From Amoebophrya sp. A120 (Eukaryota; Protista; Dinoflagellata): 5,591 nt of DNA. Both the position numbers and the translations under genes were made by a program. The stretch is taken from NCBI GenBank assembly GCA_905178155.1, contig CAJINV010000004.1, positions 1,848,181 through 1,853,771 on the forward strand, given 5' to 3'. Below, one piece after another: positions 1-5,591 of this stretch (positions are counted from its first letter, which is position 1; each line of letters starts with the position of its first letter). Below the pieces are notes generated by a model, which did no database searches, was not told the DNA's origin, and was given only the letters and a program-made list of their open reading frames with translations.

Positions 1-124
1 TTCAATGCTTATCGCAGGAGCCTGCGGGCCGCCGCGGGCGACAGTAGTTGTCCGCGGCCCTTTAGGGCCGCGGGGAAGTGGTGGAGCCCGCGGCGGCCCG
101 CAGGCTCCTGCGATAAGCTTTGAA
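1..124. repeat. GC-rich inverted repeat with a nested hairpin
   Basis: Arms 1-39 and 86-124 are 38/39 complementary; internal perfect 10-bp stem ccgcggccct-TT-agggccgcgg at 52-73. May extend left of the window. Confidence 0.92.
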
Positions 125-276
125 TGCGAATCCGGAAGCCCCCGATGACCCGCGATAGATGGCGATGCTTACTTTCAACCTATGTGCACTAAAACTAGCA
201 GCGTCGACTGACATCCCAGCCGGCCGCGGCCATGTTCTGGAAGCGACACATGTGGACCCTAGTCTACGGGTTGCAC

Positions 277-368
277 TTGCGGTCGCGGCCCTAAAGAAGT
301 TTGCGGTCGCGGCCGCAGTTTGCGGTCGCGGCCCTAAAGGGCCGCGAGCACAACTGCGGCCCGCGACC
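277..368. repeat. Tandem ttgcggtcgcggcc repeats folded into an imperfect palindrome
   Basis: ttgcggtcgcggcc at 277-290, 301-314 and 320-333; hairpin 305-368 centred on ccctAAaggg; 327-346 is the exact reverse complement of 53-72. Confidence 0.88.
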
Positions 369-1185
369 CAAGAAGAAGAAGTGGGATTCTAATTAAAAAA
401 AATGGTGGTGGCAGCCGCGCGGCTGGTTTGGCTTTCGCGCTGGTTAGATTTTCGCGCACGCATTTGGTTACCAATATCGCCCTCCGGGCGCGATCTTCAT
501 AATCACCCTCATGGCTACCTCTCATCTTCGCCGCGGAATAGCAGACGGCAACACCAGAGGCGACACGCAAATGATGCGAGAAATGATGCGTCGCAGCAAG
601 AACTGGCGGTCCCTCGTCGGAGGAAGTGGAGGAAAATCTGTTGCTGACCTGAACTAGAGAACCCTGGTCGAACATCAGGCATGGCACACCAGCGATGGCA
701 GAAGAACCCGGTATTCTACAACCACCAGCATCGGCAGCGGAAAATAAATTTGGGACGGAAGGATAGATGCAGCAGAGGCTGTTTGGTGTATGAAGGAACT
801 TGAGAAGTGTTTGATTTGAACGCTAACTCAATTTTGTACAATGCAATCGCAATCGGCTATTTTTGACGAGATGGTGGTCGTAGCTCTAGCTTTCGCCACG
901 AATGATCCATAAAGAAGCCTGCAGTAAGTACTTATAGAAGTTGTAGAGCTCTAGTTTGCGAAATGAAACGCCTTCTGTTTGGTCTGACAAATTCAAAAAA
1001 AACGAACCCGCAGCAATACTCAAGAAATACTACCATGTGAAAGAACAGATGAAGTGCCGGTGGCTACTTGTGTCGTAAAGACCTCCGTACCTTTTTACAA
1101 GAAGACTTTTCGGTGTTTATCTTCTGCTCAAAGTACGACAACAGGAACGACACGCAACAAAAACAAAAGGTTGGGCTTCGTGTAT

Positions 1186-2255
1186 TTGCCACGGACTCCC
1201 CCTCCAGCCAAACCATAGGCACGCACGGCCATACCACAGGCGTGCAGGAGTGACATCGGCTACGGCGTGGATGTCCGTGCGGTGGTGCCCAAGTCATAGG
1301 GCGCGCACTTCACACAGATGCCCCATCATAGGCACTAGAGTGCCCACTCACAGGCGCGCATCGGAGCAGGAGCCGGCGCCTCAGCGCAAGGAGCCTAGGC
1401 AACTGAGGAAGCCGCCGGAGATTGCACTAAGACAGAGCGGGCGCCGCACCTGCTGCGCTTGCCTTCCCCCTGTCACGCCGGTACGCCCGAAAGCCGTAGC
1501 ACTACGGCCCAGCTTGAGAAGATCCGAGAAGCCCGCGCGCCGTCAGTGTCTCAAGCCCCCCGTCCAAGGTCGGACCGGGACGAGACCCGCGGGGGATCGA
1601 GAAAAGCATCCGGGCCCGCCCAGGGGGTGAGGTAGTCGATAGGGCGCAGAGGGTGTATTGGTGTGTTGCAAGGAAGGCGGGCGGGTGTAGCAGGTAGCGC
1701 CGGCGGGCCTGAAGGATCGACCAAGGCAGCAGGGACGCCAGCAGCGAAGTCGGGTGGGAAGCTGGTATCCAACGCGGCGGGGCAAAAAAGGGTGGCAAGC
1801 CCCGCCGCCCGCTTTGCTAGGTAGTGCCACGCCATAGGCCACAGCCCTAGCCGCCACACCAAGGCGTAACGGAAGAGAGCGGAGCACCGGCAACACAGGA
1901 GCCGGGACAGGCATAGCCCAAACCCCCGGGAGCTTGTTAAAGCACACAATAACCGAGCCACAATACCGGGCCCCATTACAAAGCCAGAGCAAGCGGGCCG
2001 CCCGGTCCAGCACCTCGCCATGGGTGCGGGGGGTCTTCAGTAGTCAAGCAGGACATATCGCTGAGCCCCGGCGAGTAAGGCCACGACGGCAGGATAGGAC
2101 ACAGCACTGCAGTGTTGTCCTGCACCCCCCCCGTGTATGCAGGTCCCATGCCTGGCGATCCTGGTGCGGCAACTGGGGAAACGCCTAAGGGATCTTGGTC
2201 CGGCAGCATCCATACTGTACACCATCAACCTAGAGCAGTAGTTGCCACGGACTCC
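1186..2255. mobile_element. Putative GC-rich insertion (~1.04 kb) flanked by a 14-bp direct repeat; class unknown
   Basis: ttgccacggactcc exact at 1186-1199 and 2242-2255 (17/18 when extended to 1182-1199 and 2238-2255). The interior is visibly more GC-rich than both flanks. No recognisable transposase/RT, TIR or poly-A tail. Confidence 0.6.
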
Positions 2256-2825
2256 TTCGTTGTCGATAGACAATTACAAACTCAAATACGTGCAAAAGAT
2301 GTACAAAATCGTCAACTCCAAGTCCAAGGCTCGCTTTCGTTCGTCTTCTATCGTTGGGGGGACTGATCGTCAAACAAAAACAACAGTCGTCTTCAAATGC
2401 CAAATCGATGGTAACGGCGAAAATAGAAATATAATGTCGTCTAGAGGATACTCGGGTTTTCAAAATTTTTCTGCGACGTTTACGTTTTGCTTGCAACTGT
2501 CTAGTGCATTGTAACTACTTCTCCGCTGCGCTCAGGTTGAGTGCATTGCGCCCCGGAACATTCTTTCTGGCATGGATGACCATTAGGCATGGTAGTTTCA
2601 TCTGGCAACATTGATGTTGCCGCAACGGAACCACTCCTACTTTAGGAACCGCGCCTACTTTAATACATGAGGACTCCCTGCACACAGTAAAAAATGCTAT
2701 AAAAGATTCGCTCTGGTTGACGATCTAAAAAATTCGTCCGGTGTCTGTAATTTTTGCTGTATCGGGTGAAAAATTGTTGTATTAACATGTTGATGCTAGC
2801 GCGGCGGCACCACCGCGATAACAAC

Positions 2826-2915
2826 ATGGTCGGTCCACCAGGGGAAGAGGGCGAGCAGGAAGCAAATGCAAAATCTTCTTCCAGCGCAAGAGGAAAGTCG
2901 TCGCCCCACGAGGTC
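2826..2915 (+). CDS. Exon 1 (MVGPPGEEGE...SPHEV)
   Basis: 30 codons from the ATG to the left direct-repeat copy aggtc (2911-2915); start codon choice is uncertain. Confidence 0.75.
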
Positions 2916-5552
2916 TATGGATTGCAAAAATGTCTGGGTCTGGAAAATTGCAATTTGTAATGCTGTCTTTGGATTCCAAAAGAATCTGTATTGCATGACC
3001 AGCAACAGGACTCCAATTTGTGTTACGCGGAGAGGGCATTTCTCATGCGGAATAGGCATTAGGAGGCCCTCTGAAAATCTGTGTTGCTAGATCATGCACT
3101 ACAGACATCACGGGTCATGCAAAATATGCATGACAAATCTTGCATCGATCCTTCCAGACCCACACATTTTTACATTTGATAAGGTCGACCACAGGCGTGC
3201 GCTGCTTGGCGAACGGGATTTACTCCTTCTAAAGTCCAAGATCGACATATCATGAGGAAAATGCCCCCTCCCCATATGGAAACGAAGTTTCTGATGCTGG
3301 ATTTCCATACACAAATCAGATTTGTCTTGCAGTAGAGGAATGCAGGCATATGTCAAGCCTCAGCCGAGAGGTTTTGACGTAGGCGCCTAGCATGACAAAC
3401 GTGTATGCTCTGAGCCAAACAGCATCACAAACCGCCTGAAAAATGCGGAACGCTTTGTGGACTTGCCTTCTTGCAAGACAGACAGGATTTGAGGTCAGGG
3501 TCACAAATGCGCATCACAAATTTTCAGACGGATACGATACGGCTTCGATATGGGGAGGGGGGATTTTTCCTTTTGATACGACAAGCTCCGGCACGAGGGT
3601 GCGCGGTTCCACTGGTATTATCCAGGAAAAAAAATTTGTAGGTGTAACTTTGTTGGAGGATTAGCATGACAAATATCTCCCGCATGACAGCAAAAACCAT
3701 GTCATGCGCAGATAGTACGGGAAAACGCCGCTGAATGGACCCTTAGATGCATGCCAAGCATGACAGGCTCAAGCAATTTGCATGTTGCGCATCACAAATT
3801 TACACTAACAACCTTTTTTTCTTGGATAGGAATGCAGCGGAATTTACCCTGACGCTGGCGAACTCCCCGGGGCGGGCGCAGGAGCTCATCATCGCTATCA
3901 AAATGAAAAATCCCCCCTCCCCATATCAAAACGGAAATCTGTGATGCGGGATTTGTGTACACAAATAACATTTGTCTTGCAGGAAAGCACTGCGCGCAGA
4001 TCGCAAGCCTAATGGGGGGCCTTTTGGTGTAGGGGCCTAGCATAGCAGACATCTGCCCTGTAGGCCTTACAGCATTACAAACCGCCTGCATATCGTGGCG
4101 GACTCTCTGGATTTGCCTTCTGGCAAGACAGACAGGATTTGTGGCCACAAATCTGCATCACAAATTTTCGGAGGGACATGTTTTCAATATGGGGAGGAAG
4201 GATTTTTCCTTACGATAATCGCCGCCCTGTCGGCGTACATCCTGGTATTCGCTTTGTTGATGAACTCGGTCGCAAGCAACGCATTTGTACCCGAAACCGA
4301 ATCCAAAGAGGAGCATTTTCCGATATGCATTGCAAATATGTCTGGGTCTGGAATATTGCCACCAGGTTTGTCATGCAATTTTGAATGACCCACGATGCTT
4401 GTAATGCATGACCTAGCATCACAGCTTTAGCTTTTTAGATGACGGCTTCCTGATGCCTATTCTGCATGATAAATGCCCTTCCCGCGTAGCACAAACTGTA
4501 CTCCTCTTCCACCTGGTCATGCAATACAAATTTTCTTAGGATCCAAAGACAGCACCACAAGTTGCAACCTTCCAGACCCAGACATATTTGCACTGGATAC
4601 CCGACCCGAGCCTTCAATTTCCTGCTGGCCTTCGTGTTCGCACTGTCTACGGCAAGCACTTTGTTTCTCACCTACATTCTCTCCGCGATCACGTTGGACA
4701 GCGAATTCGGTGCCTGGCGACAGCTACGCATTGCAAATATGTCTGAGTCTGGAATAAAGTTCGAACCTGTAAAAATGCAGGTCTTACATTTTTTCTGTGA
4801 AATCTGTACTATTGCGTGACCAACAAAACAAAGGCGCAGTCTCTTTCGTCATACAAAAACGCAGCTTCTTCTGCGAGCTGCGCATGACAAAGCATTCTGG
4901 AAAGTTGTCACGCTTGGCTGCATTCAGAACAAGTACAAGTGTATCAATCATCCACACTGTAGCATCACAAGTTTCCAGACCCAAACATGTTTGCATTGGA
5001 TAGCAGCTCCTGCGCTTCGAGCGGAACGCTGAGCTCTACGTGTGGCTCATGGCAGTCGCATATGGCGTTCTCAAATGTTACATTCTCGTCAACTGTGGTA
5101 TGAATTTGTAATGCAAGAACGGCAAAAGTTAATGGGGAAAGCTGGCGCCTTTTGCATTACAGATTTGGGACAGATTTACATGCTGTTTAGCCCCTTCGGA
5201 GATTTGTCATGCGAAGCAGCTTAAGGGTGGCGCTCTTGGTGGCAAATTTGCATGACAAATCATGTAACAGTTGAAAGCGTAACATTTGCGAATCCCATAT
5301 CGCGAACACCGCGGTTCTGGGACTCGTATGTTTTGCAAAAGTCTCGTACTCGTATAAATGCATTACAAATTTCCTCAGCATGAGAAATAAAATTTGTAAT
5401 GCTGATTTTCCTTGACGCAGGGATTTGTAATGCATGACTGCAATACGAGTGCGATACTTTTGCACAGGATAACTCGCCGCCGTCGGAAACGCGTTGACTG
5501 CCGAGCGGGCGCGGTATGAAAGTGCACAACTGCTCGTGCTCCCCCTTAACCT
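2826..5552 (+). CDS. Spliced gene for an uncharacterised multi-pass membrane protein (at least 9 exons, 3' end outside the window), interrupted by non-canonical TIR introns
   Basis: Manual join of 2826-2915, 3187-3247, 3584-3618, 3834-3895, 4223-4323, 4605-4724, 5008-5060, 5305-5326 and 5477-5552 (620 nt) is stop-free: MVGPPGEEGEQEANAKSSSSARGKSSPHEVDHRRALLGERDLLLLKSKIDKLRHEGARFHWYAAEFTLTLANSPGRAQELIIAALSAYILVFALLMNSVASNAFVPETESKEEHFPTRAFNFLLAFVFALSTASTLFLTYILSAITLDSEFGAWRQLLRFERNAELYVWLMAVANTAVLGLAAVGNALTAERARYESAQLLVLPLN. Three hydrophobic, helix-length segments. ATG 2826 has the context acaacATGG; in-frame upstream ATGs exist at 2787 and 2793. Junctions can slide within each 5-bp direct repeat. 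Confidence 0.88.
2916..3181. mobile_element. TIR introner/MITE-like intron A1 (266 bp, family A)
   Basis: TIRs 2916-2945 and 3152-3181 match 25/30; exact direct repeat aggtc at 2911-2915 and 3182-3186; ends TATG...GATA. Confidence 0.9.
3187..3247 (+). CDS. Exon 2 (DHRRALLGERDLLLLKSKID)
   Basis: 61 nt between insertions A1 and B1; continues the frame of exon 1. Confidence 0.82.
3248..3578. mobile_element. TIR introner/MITE-like intron B1 (331 bp, family B)
   Basis: TIRs 3248-3277 and 3548-3578 (core ccccctccccatat); exact direct repeat cgaca at 3243-3247 and 3579-3583. Confidence 0.9.
3584..3618 (+). CDS. Exon 3 (KLRHEGARFHWY/N)
   Basis: 35 nt between B1 and C; in frame. The last codon is TAT or AAT depending on the junction register. 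Confidence 0.8.
3619..3828. mobile_element. TIR introner/MITE-like intron C (210 bp)
   Basis: TIRs 3619-3653 and 3794-3828 match 29/35; direct repeat ggtat/ggaat (3614-3618, 3829-3833). Confidence 0.87.
3834..3895 (+). CDS. Exon 4 (AAEFTLTLANSPGRAQELII)
   Basis: 62 nt between C and B2; in frame. Confidence 0.82.
3896..4217. mobile_element. TIR introner/MITE-like intron B2 (322 bp, family B, same orientation as B1)
   Basis: TIRs 3896-3926 and 4187-4217 match 26/31; exact direct repeat atcgc at 3891-3895 and 4218-4222; colinear with B1 throughout (e.g. shared gcaagacagacaggatttg). Confidence 0.9.
4223..4323 (+). CDS. Exon 5 (AALSAYILVFALLMNSVASNAFVPETESKEEHFP), first hydrophobic segment
   Basis: 101 nt between B2 and A2; the predicted frame is the hydrophobic one also visible inside ORF 4095..4388. 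Confidence 0.87.
4324..4599. mobile_element. TIR introner/MITE-like intron A2 (276 bp, family A, inverted relative to A1)
   Basis: TIRs 4324-4353 and 4570-4599 match 28/30; direct repeat tccga/cccga (4319-4323, 4600-4604); its reverse complement aligns along A1. Confidence 0.9.
4605..4724 (+). CDS. Exon 6 (TRAFNFLLAFVFALSTASTLFLTYILSAITLDSEFGAWRQ), second hydrophobic segment
   Basis: 120 nt between A2 and A3; the predicted frame matches the hydrophobic part of ORF 4562..4819. Confidence 0.87.
4725..5002. mobile_element. TIR introner/MITE-like intron A3 (278 bp, family A termini, divergent interior)
   Basis: TIRs 4725-4754 and 4973-5002 match 24/30; direct repeat acagc/gcagc (4720-4724, 5003-5007). 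Confidence 0.88.
5008..5060 (+). CDS. Exon 7 (LLRFERNAELYVWLMAVA)
   Basis: 53 nt between A3 and D; in frame. Confidence 0.82.
5061..5299. mobile_element. TIR introner/MITE-like intron D (239 bp)
   Basis: TIRs 5061-5081 and 5279-5299 match 18/21 and extend with gaps to ~55 bp; direct repeat tcgca/tcgcg (5056-5060, 5300-5304). Confidence 0.87.
5305..5326 (+). CDS. Exon 8, micro-exon (NTAVLGL)
   Basis: 22 nt between D and E; needed to keep the frame, and it continues the third hydrophobic segment. Confidence 0.78.
5327..5471. mobile_element. TIR introner/MITE-like intron E (145 bp)
   Basis: TIRs 5327-5355 and 5443-5471 match 24/29; exact direct repeat actcg at 5322-5326 and 5472-5476. Confidence 0.9.
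5477..5552 (+). CDS. Exon 9 (AAVGNALTAERARYESAQLLVLPLN)
   Basis: 76 nt after E; in frame. Its end is inferred from the next TATG start at 5553. Confidence 0.75.
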
Positions 5553-5591
5553 TATGTTTGTCGTGCAAAATGCCAAATCCACACGCCGCCT
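5553..5591. mobile_element. Probable start of a ninth TIR intron (truncated by the window)
   Basis: Begins TATG, followed by tttgtcgtgc, a variant of the shared internal motif. The predicted direct repeat is aacct (5548-5552); the right end is not visible. Confidence 0.55.

Noticed and set aside
61-338. Telomeric TTTAGGG/CCCTAAA repeats
   Set aside because: Only isolated single units (61-67, 289-295, 332-338) embedded in palindromes; no tandem array.
159-687. ORFs 159..392, 334..687 and 402..647
   Set aside because: Two of them cross the palindromic repeat and none shows a recognisable protein motif. Hidden exons cannot be excluded but are unsupported.
1404-2040. Hammerhead ribozyme cores (CTGAGGA at ~1404 on +, CTGAAGA at ~2034-2040 on -)
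   Set aside because: No properly placed GAAA or closing stems found by eye.
1250-2209. ORFs of 77-156 aa in the GC-rich insert
   Set aside because: They overlap in several frames on both strands, are Arg/Pro/Ala-rich, show no recognisable domain, and are expected from high GC content.
2760-2820. Possible small TATCG...CGATA element upstream of the start codon
   Set aside because: Only a ~9-bp gapped inverted repeat; the flanks tgctg/acaac do not form a direct repeat and the shared internal motif is not clearly present.
2916-5471. CRISPR-like repeat-spacer array
   Set aside because: The repeats are 145-331 bp heterogeneous TIR elements, the spacers vary from 22 to 120 nt and translate as consecutive exons, and no cas genes are present.
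2754-5582. Listed short ORFs across the right half taken as independent genes
   Set aside because: They run through TIR elements, and their mutual similarity (e.g. NPVCLARRQ, PDPDIFA) just reflects the repeat families. Only the exon portions look coding.

Overview
Eukaryotic (protist-like) genomic DNA. The right half (2826 to the window end) is a + strand gene that the ORF track misses because nine MITE-like insertions break it up; the ninth runs off the window. Each complete insertion is 145-331 bp, starts TAT (once TAC), ends ATA, carries ~20-35 bp terminal inverted repeats and is flanked by a 5-bp direct repeat. Removing each insertion plus one direct-repeat copy joins nine short exons into a stop-free 206-codon frame encoding a multi-pass membrane protein of unknown family. 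Six of the eight complete insertions cannot be removed as GT-AG or GC-AG introns, so they behave as non-canonical, transposon-derived introns (introner elements). From memory, this matches the inverted/direct-repeat introns reported in the parasitic dinoflagellate Amoebophrya; the species assignment is inference only. The left half holds two related GC-rich palindromes (1-124, 277-368) and a ~1.04 kb GC-rich insert flanked by an exact 14-bp direct repeat (1186-2255).
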